Assembly: GCA_964651815.1 (NCBI GenBank)
Contig: CAZYWG010000006.1
Location: forward strand, 23,259-87,258
Direction of reading: 5' to 3'
From: an uncultured Gammaproteobacteria bacterium
GTDB lineage: Bacteria > Patescibacteriota > Microgenomatia > Levybacterales > GWA1-39-11
DNA length: 64,000 bases
Made by a program: the position numbers and the translations under genes. The notes under the pieces were generated by a model. The model saw only the letters and a program-made list of their open reading frames with translations, was not told where the DNA came from and did not search any database. Shown here piece by piece: positions 9,007 to 17,828 of the stretch (its first letter is position 1; each line of letters opens with the position of its first letter).

Positions 9007-10353
9007 ATGGTTGGAGAAGGACCGCAGCCTAGTGTTGCAGAAACAGGCGCAATCGCTACTGCTGATCGACCAAATAACGCACCCGCCGCTGGGCCTACCG
9101 TTCAGATTGAAAATCCAAGCAGCTCTCCCACAAACCCTTATTTAGATGGTGAAGAAGCAGAAGTAAAAGGAGCACCAAAGCCAAATGTCGCAAGTGAGGA
9201 AGAAGATCAGGAACCTGCAATAGAATCAGGCCCATCAAGAAGAATTCAAACAAAAGAGCTTCATGAGCTTGCAGACACCAATATAAATATCGCGGGTAAA
9301 CAAATTAAGGACAAAATAAACAAAGCGCCAACGAAAAAAGAGGGCGTGGCTTCCTTATCCACAGCAGAAAAAGAACTTTATTCGTTGTTTACAATAAGAG
9401 GTTGGAAGGAAAGTGACGGAGATTTGGAATTTGTAAGAGAAGATAGCAAAGGACATAAATCCGGCACGCCGCTTAATATTGAAGGAGTTGGACTAATTAC
9501 TAAATTCAGAGTACTAGAAGGAGGTAAATTAAAAGTTCATATTAGTGGATCAGACAGTGAAGTAGAGGTTGATCGCGCTCGGGTAGAAGAAGCACAACTT
9601 CTCTCTCATAAAAATGACATTTTGAATAATTTTTCGGGGAGCAGAAGAGAAATTGAAGAAATTGAGATTAATTCGATTGAACATCCCGGAGCGGATATTT
9701 TTGGTGGTAAGACTAATGCAGACATAAATAGTCTCATTGAATCCGCCGCAGACGAAGCTTCTTACCCGACAACAGGCGATATCAGAACCTATGTTAGTGG
9801 GATGCCAGATAGCCCGCAGAAACAAGAATTACTCACCATGCTTTCTGGAAGTAATCTTCCATCATCAGAAATTATTGATAAGGTTTATGTTGGCGCAAAT
9901 ACTGATAAAGCACTTGTTGATCTGCGTGCAGATGTTAAGAGATTACAGGAAACAGTAAATAATAACAAAGGAAATAAAGAAGCAATAAGAAGTCTTGATG
10001 TTGCTCAGAGATATTTGAAGTTATATACGGATGCTGAAGCAAAATTACAATCGGGAGGTTCACAAGAAATAATTAACAAAATTTCTGCCGGACAAATTGA
10101 TATTGAAAAATCCAAGGCAATAAAAAATGCACTTAGGACAGGACGTATGGATGCCCTTATTCCTCTTCTCGCTAAGGATCTGCAGGATGACCCAGATAAT
10201 GATTCACCTGAAGTGCTTGCTGACAAAGCGGAAAAGAGACGCGAGCTAAAGAAAAAAATGGAGACAATGAGTTGGTTTGCGCTTGCTGCCTTGCTTTTAT
10301 CCGGTATGGCTGTTGGAAAACTTGGTGAAGGCGTTGTTGGCGGCGGTAGATAA
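9007..10353 (+). CDS. Hypothetical helical protein with C-terminal hydrophobic/Gly-rich segment
   Basis: 448 aa; disordered acidic/Pro N-terminus; C-terminal WFALAALLLSGMAVGKLGEGVVGGGR. Confidence 0.85.
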   Translation: MVGEGPQPSVAETGAIATADRPNNAPAAGPTVQIENPSSSPTNPYLDGEEAEVKGAPKPNVASEEEDQEPAIESGPSRRIQTKELHELADTNINIAGKQIKDKINKAPTKKEGVASLSTAEKELYSLFTIRGWKESDGDLEFVREDSKGHKSGTPLNIEGVGLITKFRVLEGGKLKVHISGSDSEVEVDRARVEEAQLLSHKNDILNNFSGSRREIEEIEINSIEHPGADIFGGKTNADINSLIESAADEASYPTTGDIRTYVSGMPDSPQKQELLTMLSGSNLPSSEIIDKVYVGANTDKALVDLRADVKRLQETVNNNKGNKEAIRSLDVAQRYLKLYTDAEAKLQSGGSQEIINKISAGQIDIEKSKAIKNALRTGRMDALIPLLAKDLQDDPDNDSPEVLADKAEKRRELKKKMETMSWFALAALLLSGMAVGKLGEGVVGGGR

Positions 10354-10410
10354 ATTTAGTTTTCACACACTACGCATAAATAACCTCTAATCTGACATAT
10401 TTTGAGACTC

Positions 10411-10439
10411 TTGCAATGAAAATTTTCACGTTATAAGCT
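10411..10439 (+). promoter_or_regulatory. Promoter of the PrgI-VirB4 operon with palindromic spacer
   Basis: TTGCAA(10411-16)-N17-TAAGCT(10434-39); perfect palindrome TGAAAATTTTCA at 10417-10428. Confidence 0.45.
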
Positions 10440-10511
10440 GAAATATATAGAGAAGCACAGTTCTATAGAGTTAATCTTAGAGATTATATGCTCTAAATTC
10501 TAAATTCTTTT

Positions 10512-11738
10512 ATGGAAAATCATCCTATACCACAAGACGTTACAGGCTTTAAATTTAAGCTGATTGGTAGCATGACTGTCAAACAGTTTTTATATCTATT
10601 AGGGTTTGGTATTTTGAGTATGATCTTTCTTATTTTCCACATGAATTTATTTATAAAAGTCCCTATCATGACCGTACTTGGGTGCATTGGAATATTTCTT
10701 GCATTTATTCCAATTGAAGGGCGTCCAGCGGACATTATGATAATGAATTTTGCAAAAGCAATTCCTTCTGAAAACAGGTACATTTTTAAAAAACGCGGCG
10801 TCAATTTGGCGAACTATGAAGCTTTCAAAATAATTGTCAAAAAGCCAGTTCCAGCGTCAGCAGCACCTGGGACGCAACCGTCTACACCAAAAAGTGTTTC
10901 TGATGATAAACGGGCAATTTTGATTTCGCGTCTTCGCAACTCTTCTTTCAGGCCTGATGATTCGGAAATTAAACAACTTAACAACATTAAAGCTATTTTT
11001 GATACAGATAGTAGTGCTACCCCACAAACGCAAATTTTTGTAAGTGAGCAAAAAAATAAACCAATGGTAGCAATACACGCCGACGAACCAAAAGTTGAAA
11101 TAACCAATGCTGTCTCCGCAGCGGCGCCAATTATACTTTCCTCTCCCGTGCCACAGGTAGCTGTGCATGAAATTAAGCCGCCCGAAGAAAAAAAAGCTGA
11201 TATGCCGGCAGAAAATCCGTCACTCCAAGCGGCAAAACCCGCTGCAAGCGAACAACCAGCGCAGCAAGAAGCGCCAAGACAAGAAATTCCACAGCCTCAA
11301 ATTAAACTTTCTGACAATGAAGAAAAAACACACTCTACCCCTCCCCCCGTGGCTATTGGCCAAGTATCTGCGCCTAATCTTGCCGGAGGATTCCCCACCC
11401 TTCCCGATGTTGGAAATGTAGTTCTTGGAATGGTTCGTGACGCTCGCGGCCGTACACTACCAAACATTTTGGTTGAGGTGGTGGACGACAACAATATTCC
11501 AGTGCGCGCTTTTAAAACAAACGCTTTAGGACAATTTGCTTCTGCTACCCCACTACCTGATGGCGTTTACAAAATACATTTTGAAGACCCGCAGAAAAAT
11601 CAGGAATTTGAAATTGTTGACATCAACCTTAGTGGCGAAATTTTTCAACCCATAGAAGCAGTTTCGGTTGACGCCCGAGAAAAATTAAGGCGCGAGCTTT
11701 TTGGCACTCAACCCGCAGCGCCAAGCTCAGTAGTATAA
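10512..11738 (+). CDS. PrgI-family T4SS membrane protein with C-terminal carboxypeptidase-regulatory-like beta-sandwich
   Basis: MENHPIPQDVTGFKFKLIGSMTVKQF PrgI N-terminus, two TM, IEGRP; Pro/Ala/Gln linker; GMVRD...KTNALGQF...LPDGVY domain. Confidence 0.8.
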   Translation: MENHPIPQDVTGFKFKLIGSMTVKQFLYLLGFGILSMIFLIFHMNLFIKVPIMTVLGCIGIFLAFIPIEGRPADIMIMNFAKAIPSENRYIFKKRGVNLANYEAFKIIVKKPVPASAAPGTQPSTPKSVSDDKRAILISRLRNSSFRPDDSEIKQLNNIKAIFDTDSSATPQTQIFVSEQKNKPMVAIHADEPKVEITNAVSAAAPIILSSPVPQVAVHEIKPPEEKKADMPAENPSLQAAKPAASEQPAQQEAPRQEIPQPQIKLSDNEEKTHSTPPPVAIGQVSAPNLAGGFPTLPDVGNVVLGMVRDARGRTLPNILVEVVDDNNIPVRAFKTNALGQFASATPLPDGVYKIHFEDPQKNQEFEIVDINLSGEIFQPIEAVSVDAREKLRRELFGTQPAAPSSVV

Positions 11739-11746
11739 AATAAATT

Positions 11747-12388
11747 ATGGCAAAAAAAGTTCATTCAACAACTCAAGACTTTACAGAAATAGTTGACATA
11801 TCAGACGACGTTGTTTTTTTTAGGGGAGGGAGCGCATGTATGATAGCCGAGGCGTCTTCAGTTAATTTTTTCCTTCTTTCAACTGATGAACAAAACGCAA
11901 GAATCTACGGATACATGGCTCTCCTAAATTCTTTGTCGTCATATCTCCAGATATTAATTGTTTCACGTCGTGTTGACCTTGGAAATTACTTAAAAATCAT
12001 TGACGAAAAAATTTCAAATGTTAAAAACCCTAAGATTTCAGAACAACTTGTTCTCTACCGCGATTTTATAAAAGATCTAATTAAGGGCGAAGGATTGCTT
12101 GATAAAAAAATCTATATTGTGGTCCCTTTTTCCCAACTTGAACTCGGTCCGTCATCTATGCCACAGCAAACAACGCAACAAGCAAGTAAACCCCTCTCTC
12201 TAAATGAGAGGATTAAATCCGGATTAATATCTAAAAGAAATAATGTCATAACTCAGGTTGAACGCATGGGGCTTACCGCAAAGCCACTTGGGACAAACGA
12301 ACTAATCAAGCTTTTTTACGAATTGTTTAACCAGGAATTTGTGACTCTGGACTTCAATTCAAGTGATATTAAGAATGTGATTATATAA
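11747..12388 (+). CDS. VirB4/TraC-associated protein (resembles VirB4 N-terminal region)
   Basis: STTQDF...SSVNFFLLSTDEQ...LNSL...QILIVSRRVDL...YIVVPF; lies between PrgI and VirB4. Confidence 0.65.
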   Translation: MAKKVHSTTQDFTEIVDISDDVVFFRGGSACMIAEASSVNFFLLSTDEQNARIYGYMALLNSLSSYLQILIVSRRVDLGNYLKIIDEKISNVKNPKISEQLVLYRDFIKDLIKGEGLLDKKIYIVVPFSQLELGPSSMPQQTTQQASKPLSLNERIKSGLISKRNNVITQVERMGLTAKPLGTNELIKLFYELFNQEFVTLDFNSSDIKNVII

Positions 12389-12479
12389 ACACGAAGCACT
12401 AGATTCGAAACCCGAAACAAGTTTTAAAAATTAAAAAATTAGAATTTGTTTCGAATTTCGATATTCGAATTTCGAATTT
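12387..12479. repeat. Imperfect ~93-bp palindrome built from 7-bp units
   Basis: Left arm AAACACG AAGCACT AGATTCG AAACCCG AAACAAG; reverse complement of right arm AAATTCG AAATTCG AATATCG AAATTCG AAACAAA. Confidence 0.75.
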
Positions 12480-12481
12480 TT

Positions 12482-14782
12482 ATGTTGGGCTTTGGGAAAA
12501 AAACAAAACAAATTCAAAATGAAGCACCTCAACAGGTATTGAGTGCCGCGGGCGAACCTACTGTGGCGCCACAAGTCCAACCAACAATTGTTGTAAAGGC
12601 CGGGACAAAAGGCAAAAAAGCAGCTGGACAAAGCTCGCATCCGCAAAACGTGCAAAGTAAAGGGTATGCTGCTCTTTCTCAAGGGGCTGTTTCTGTAGTT
12701 GACATTATTTCCCCGTCGTCAGTTGAAGTTGATTTTAAAAATATTCGCGTTGGAAATAAATTTTTCAGGACTTTTTTTGTTGTTGATTATCCACGGCAAG
12801 TATCTCCCAACTGGCTTTCAATACTCATCGACTACAAAGAGACTATGAACATTTCAATGTTCTCATACCCCGTTGAGAGCAAAGACGTATTAACAAATTT
12901 AAGAAGAAAAATTTCTGAGATGGAAGCAACGCTTCAATCAGACGCTGAGCAAGGACTTGAACCGGACCCTAAGACTAGCGCCGGGCTGGAAGATGCAATC
13001 GCTTTGCGAGAAGAACTGGCACGTGGGCTTGAGCGATTTTTCCAATTCGGTTTATATATCACTTTGGCCGCTGAAACTGTTGAAGAACTTGACTCAAAAA
13101 CCAAAGAGCTAACTTCTCTTCTTGCGTCAAACCTTTTACTTATTAAACCCGCAACTCTCCAAATGGAAGACGGATTCAAAACTACGTTGCCAGGCGGCGT
13201 TGACAAACTTTTTATAACTCGCAACATGGATACAACTTCTCTTGCTTCAACTTTTCCTTTCACGTCTTATGAAATATCACACCCTAATGGAATCCTGTAT
13301 GGAGTCAACACAATAAATAATTCACTTGCGATTGTGGACCGTTTTTCTTTTGAAAATGCAAATGAGGTAGTCTTTGGAAAGTCAGGTGCCGGAAAATCTT
13401 TCCTGGTAAAACTTGAAATACTTCGCCAAATGATGTTTGACGCGGAGATTTTGATTATCGACCCAGAAGATGAATATAGAGCTCTTTGCCACGCGCTTGA
13501 CGGCGAATACATTAATTTTTCAAAGGACTCTGACATTAAAATTAACCCATTTGCGCTAATTTCTGAAGACATGACAGACGCGCAACTTGGAATAAAAATC
13601 TTATCACTTCACGGGCTTCTCAAAACCATGCTTGGGGAGATGACGCCAACTCAAGAAGCAATTCTCGATAGGTCTCTTGTATTATGTTATAAGCAAAAAG
13701 GGATAACTCCGGACCCCGCAACTTACAGACAAGAACCACCAATTCTTGAAGATCTTTACAAAACTCTTCTTAACATGGAAGAACCCGAAGCAAAAGATCT
13801 TTCATTCAGGCTCGAAAAATATGTGAAAGGTGGTTTCTCAGGTCTTTTTAATCAACAAACAAATTATGATGTTAAAAACCAACTAACTGTTTTTTCAATA
13901 AAACAACTTGAAGACGCGCTCCGTCCAATTGCTATGCATGTAATTTTGGATTTTATCTGGAACCGCGTCAGGACAAAGCTTAAAAAAAGAATACTGGTAG
14001 TTGATGAGGCGTGGTATCTAATGCAACACCCTGATTCTGCAAGTTTTTTGCAAGGAATTGCCAAACGGGCAAGAAAATATTTCCTTGGAGTAACTACTCT
14101 TACTCAAGATATTGAAGACTTTCTCAATAACGATTATGGAAAATCCATTTTATCTAATTCCTCAGTTCAAATTCTTTTAAAACAGAATTCTTCAGAAGTT
14201 GAAACCCTGGCAAAAGCGCTATTTTTATCGGAAGGAGAAAAACAATTTCTAGTGACGGCACAAGTTGGAGAAGGGCTTTTGTTTGCCGGGCAAAATCACA
14301 TAACCGCTCAGTTTGTGGCATCAAATTCAGAATATGAACTAATTACTTCAAAGCCACAAGATATATTAAGAAATGAACAGGACGCGGAAAATATTCAGGC
14401 GGCACAATTGGCTTCCGCGCAAGCTAATCCGCCTCAACCCACAGAACAAACACAAGCGCCGCCACCTCCACCAGAACAACCAATGCAACCTCAACAGCCT
14501 ACGGCAATACCAGTGGTACCTACCCAAAGCGTGCCGACACAAGATCCTGAAAACATCACAGTTGTTCCACAGCAAATCCAGACACCAGTACAACCTGCTG
14601 TAACACAGCAACCAATCACACAAATACCTACAGTGAGTGTACCCCAGCCAGGTACCATCCCGGCAGCACCAATTGCTTCTTTCAATCAAGCTCTCCCTAC
14701 AGCGCCCCCTGTAGCGCCACAACCCCCGATTGTTCCTACGGAAAACGTTCAGCCCCCTACAAATCCCACTGGGAGCGCATAA
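12482..14782 (+). CDS. virB4: VirB4-like type IV secretion ATPase with Pro/Gln/Thr-rich C-terminal tail
   Basis: Walker A GKSGAGKS, IIDPEDEY, Walker B ILVVDEAW, KRARKY...TQD; start at ATG 12482 because the upstream extension is the palindrome. Confidence 0.9.
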   Translation: MLGFGKKTKQIQNEAPQQVLSAAGEPTVAPQVQPTIVVKAGTKGKKAAGQSSHPQNVQSKGYAALSQGAVSVVDIISPSSVEVDFKNIRVGNKFFRTFFVVDYPRQVSPNWLSILIDYKETMNISMFSYPVESKDVLTNLRRKISEMEATLQSDAEQGLEPDPKTSAGLEDAIALREELARGLERFFQFGLYITLAAETVEELDSKTKELTSLLASNLLLIKPATLQMEDGFKTTLPGGVDKLFITRNMDTTSLASTFPFTSYEISHPNGILYGVNTINNSLAIVDRFSFENANEVVFGKSGAGKSFLVKLEILRQMMFDAEILIIDPEDEYRALCHALDGEYINFSKDSDIKINPFALISEDMTDAQLGIKILSLHGLLKTMLGEMTPTQEAILDRSLVLCYKQKGITPDPATYRQEPPILEDLYKTLLNMEEPEAKDLSFRLEKYVKGGFSGLFNQQTNYDVKNQLTVFSIKQLEDALRPIAMHVILDFIWNRVRTKLKKRILVVDEAWYLMQHPDSASFLQGIAKRARKYFLGVTTLTQDIEDFLNNDYGKSILSNSSVQILLKQNSSEVETLAKALFLSEGEKQFLVTAQVGEGLLFAGQNHITAQFVASNSEYELITSKPQDILRNEQDAENIQAAQLASAQANPPQPTEQTQAPPPPPEQPMQPQQPTAIPVVPTQSVPTQDPENITVVPQQIQTPVQPAVTQQPITQIPTVSVPQPGTIPAAPIASFNQALPTAPPVAPQPPIVPTENVQPPTNPTGSA

Positions 14783-14789
14783 ATAAAAT

Positions 14790-17312
14790 ATGGACAACAC
14801 TGCTCAAGAGGGTAATTCAAAAAAATCCTCAGAATCAACTAAGGGCGTAATTATTTCAGGACTTGTATATGGACCGTCTAATGCGGGATCAAATGAAAAC
14901 GTTGCGCTCGGCGGAATAACAATAAGAATACAAGGTGCTTCGCGCGCGACAGATTCCCAAGACGTAACTTCTGGCGAGACAGGCGAATTTTCCTCAAGAC
15001 TACTTTCCCCGGGAAAATATAAAGTTACGCCTATTGATTCAAAAGCAATATATTTCCGTCCCCCACTGACAATTCCAGTAAACAATGATACCCCCCTCGA
15101 AATATACATGACGCCTGCTGGAACACCTAACCGCAGACGAGGCAACCATCACTCTTTTATGCCAATTATTAAAAACAACATTTACGGATTTCTTGTTGAG
15201 AGGCAAAAAAAACCAATCGCAAATATCGACGTGAGTGTTAAAAGCGTAACGCTCGATCCGGCAAAAAGTAATAAGGGCCTAATTGAAAAACTCGCAAGTT
15301 TTGTTTCAAGAAAGAATGCTACAGAAAACGAAGAAGGTAAAAATAAAGAGCCCGAACCAATTTCTATAATACTTAAAACAAACGCGCTAGGATCATTTGC
15401 TGTGAGGCAACGTTTGCCGAATGGGGCTTACATAGTTAAGTGTATAGATCCTTCCAAAAAATATACTTTTAGATCCAGATTTATGGTACTTAAAGGGTAC
15501 TACCTTCCACCTCTTTGGTTTACGGGTTATACAACATCAGACCTTGATGAATTAAAAAAGAAACACCAGGAAAGAAAAGATAAAGCACCTGAAGAGGAGA
15601 AAGACAAGGAGGCAGAAGAATCGACAACATCAAAAAAAGGTGGTACAGAAAGTGAAGATGCCAAAAATAAGGAGGGGCTAGAAGAAGGCGATGGAAAAAA
15701 AGCAGCTGATGAAGCTGCAAGAATAATCCATGAAAATCAGGCACCTTCTAAGCCACCCAAAACCGGAGGGAGTTTGAAGCCTGATGAAAGCCCAACTGGC
15801 GCTACTCCCGAAACAAAACGGGAAACCATAAGTCGAAGTGCTACTGGAACAGCGACTCTTGAGCGACCCCAAACGGAACTTCAACCAAATTTGAGGGATT
15901 ATCCTCAACCAACTTCCTTTCCTGCCATTGAAACAATAGTTCGGCCGCCACAATTTGATGAACCATCGATCCCCCAACAATCAAGCGAACAACAAAGAAC
16001 ACAGAGCGCTCAAAATGCACAAAGCGCTCAAGGAAATAGACAAAGACGATCTTCTGTTAGATCGCCGAGAATTCCAAACCCTGCAAAAAATGCAGCAAGC
16101 CAAGCGGCTCGAGGTGGAGAGAAAGAAGTTTTAAATGCTATAAATACTGCTACCGCGCCTGTTCAATCTGTCTTAAAAAAATATTTAATAGGGGCAGCAA
16201 TTATCATAATTCTTCTTATCATAATCATTCAATTTTTCGGCCCAGAGTCTCCCGCCTCCCCTTTCAGCAGTGGTGAGACGAGCGCAAATCCGGGCAATCC
16301 GGGCAATCCGACAAATCCAAACCCAGGCAACCCAGGGGTGAATACAGGCGGAGGGCTTGATTATGCAATCCTTATAAATGACCCGACCATTTTACCTGAC
16401 AATATAAAACAAACTATTGCATCAAATTGGCCAAACGCCCTGCTTCAAAATTTAGATAATATAGTATCCACTGCAAAGTCTCACAACTGGAACCCATCCT
16501 TCCTTTTGTCCCTGTGGATCGAAGAATCTGGAGGGCAAGCTGGCACGAGCAATGCGGATGGCAACCCAAATGGATACACAGATGCTCTTGGATGTGACCC
16601 TCAGCACCCCACAAGCAACATAAATTCATCTCTTACTTGTTTTTTTAATCAGTATGGATCTTATACAAAAAGTTTTGCCGACTTTATGTGTAATTACAGC
16701 GAAAGTAAAGATGCCCCTTGTACTTTTTCTACCAATCCGAATTTTCCTGGATCAATTAAATCCGTTTATGCAACGCTTGTTCCAAATGGTCCAGGGGCGG
16801 AAATAAATATTACTCCAACAACAACCCCCGGCGGCGGATCAGTTACTGCAACCTGCCCCATACGGGGGGGTATAATAACTTGTGGAAGCAAGTTCAATAC
16901 TGTTAATAATTGTGGACATTGCAACCCAAACACAGACTATGCATCCGATATGGATCAATGTACTTATAACGGAATAAATTACGCGGAGGACGTTGGGGCT
17001 TCCGCAGGAACAAACGTAATACTGCCGAGTCTTAATGGCGAGTCTATAATCTGGAACTTTTACAACGAGCAGCAGTCGGGTATTGGATCAACCATTATGT
17101 ATAAAGGGAATGACTCACATGATATTACTTATGTAATTGAATTTCATCACGTTGCAGGGGGAAGCAGTGTGAAACGCGGTCTTTCAGGAGATATTGGAGC
17201 AAAAACATGCACTGGGGACTCCCGCTGTAATCATGTTCATATTGAATTTTACAAACTGCCTGCAACAGGAGTACAAGATTATGTAGATGCGTCTAAAACT
17301 TTTTGCCAATGA
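14790..17312 (+). CDS. Membrane-anchored multidomain protein: two beta-sandwich domains, low-complexity linker, TM, lysozyme-like and M23-like regions
   Basis: TM YLIGAAIIIILLIIIIQFF; WNPSFLLSLWIEES (lysozyme-like helix with Glu); AEDV...FHHV...HVHIEF (M23-like HxH); 12 Cys after the TM. Confidence 0.65.
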   Translation: MDNTAQEGNSKKSSESTKGVIISGLVYGPSNAGSNENVALGGITIRIQGASRATDSQDVTSGETGEFSSRLLSPGKYKVTPIDSKAIYFRPPLTIPVNNDTPLEIYMTPAGTPNRRRGNHHSFMPIIKNNIYGFLVERQKKPIANIDVSVKSVTLDPAKSNKGLIEKLASFVSRKNATENEEGKNKEPEPISIILKTNALGSFAVRQRLPNGAYIVKCIDPSKKYTFRSRFMVLKGYYLPPLWFTGYTTSDLDELKKKHQERKDKAPEEEKDKEAEESTTSKKGGTESEDAKNKEGLEEGDGKKAADEAARIIHENQAPSKPPKTGGSLKPDESPTGATPETKRETISRSATGTATLERPQTELQPNLRDYPQPTSFPAIETIVRPPQFDEPSIPQQSSEQQRTQSAQNAQSAQGNRQRRSSVRSPRIPNPAKNAASQAARGGEKEVLNAINTATAPVQSVLKKYLIGAAIIIILLIIIIQFFGPESPASPFSSGETSANPGNPGNPTNPNPGNPGVNTGGGLDYAILINDPTILPDNIKQTIASNWPNALLQNLDNIVSTAKSHNWNPSFLLSLWIEESGGQAGTSNADGNPNGYTDALGCDPQHPTSNINSSLTCFFNQYGSYTKSFADFMCNYSESKDAPCTFSTNPNFPGSIKSVYATLVPNGPGAEINITPTTTPGGGSVTATCPIRGGIITCGSKFNTVNNCGHCNPNTDYASDMDQCTYNGINYAEDVGASAGTNVILPSLNGESIIWNFYNEQQSGIGSTIMYKGNDSHDITYVIEFHHVAGGSSVKRGLSGDIGAKTCTGDSRCNHVHIEFYKLPATGVQDYVDASKTFCQ
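16287..16337 (+). repeat. Coding tandem repeat (NPG)n
   Basis: AATCCGGGC x2 plus variants encoding NPGNPGNPTNPNPGNPG. Confidence 0.85.
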
Positions 17313-17827
17313 AAATAAATTTTAAAACTGAATATTTATTTATAATTCTCATAATTATTCTCATTCCTGTTTTTGTTTGGCTTATTGCTGCAAGGTTTTC
17401 ATCAAACACTTCAAATAATACTTCTACTGATAAGGCATTAACATCATCAACGCCAACTCCTGTCTATGTCGTTCCTACCGGCCTATCCAAAAATAAAGTA
17501 TTAGCGGTAACGCATACGCTCCCAATTGATGATACAGGTATTACATATCAACCTATTCAACCCATTGAATTTTCTTTTAATAATTCCGTAGATGCGGCAG
17601 GAATTAAGTATTCTGTTAATCCTAAAATAGATGTAGTTGTAAAAAATGGATCTTATGCAAACAAAGTGTTAATTTATCCTGCGGTTAAATGGAATGAAGG
17701 AATAACAACTATTACAATTCTCCCGGGTAGTAGTGCTCTTGATGGCACCAAGCTTTATATTCCTTTTACTTACGAACTAAATACAGCGCAACCAACTGTG
17801 CCACCTCATAGCCCTGGAGCTTATTAA
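17309..17827 (+). CDS. Membrane-anchored Ig-like (Big_5/SbsA-type) domain protein
   Basis: N-terminal TM, Ser/Thr linker, QPIEFSFNNSVD...LIYPAVKW...ITI; ATGA overlap with upstream stop. Confidence 0.65.
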   Translation: MKINFKTEYLFIILIIILIPVFVWLIAARFSSNTSNNTSTDKALTSSTPTPVYVVPTGLSKNKVLAVTHTLPIDDTGITYQPIQPIEFSFNNSVDAAGIKYSVNPKIDVVVKNGSYANKVLIYPAVKWNEGITTITILPGSSALDGTKLYIPFTYELNTAQPTVPPHSPGAY

Positions 17828-17828
17828 T

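Noticed and set aside
12387-12479. CRISPR array
   Set aside because: Units are 7 bp, degenerate and arranged as an inverted repeat, with no spacers or cas genes
12446-12481. N-terminal extension MFRISIFEFRIF of VirB4, and similar extensions on ruvC, ruvA, the HAD gene, pilin 3949 and ORF 40881
   Set aside because: These read through palindromes or promoter boxes (CYN/WYN/YN peptides come from TATAAT); downstream starts fit family N-termini
658-17827. Conjugative ICE or prophage
   Set aside because: No relaxase, coupling protein, integrase, phage structural genes or att repeats in the window; directly abuts dnaN
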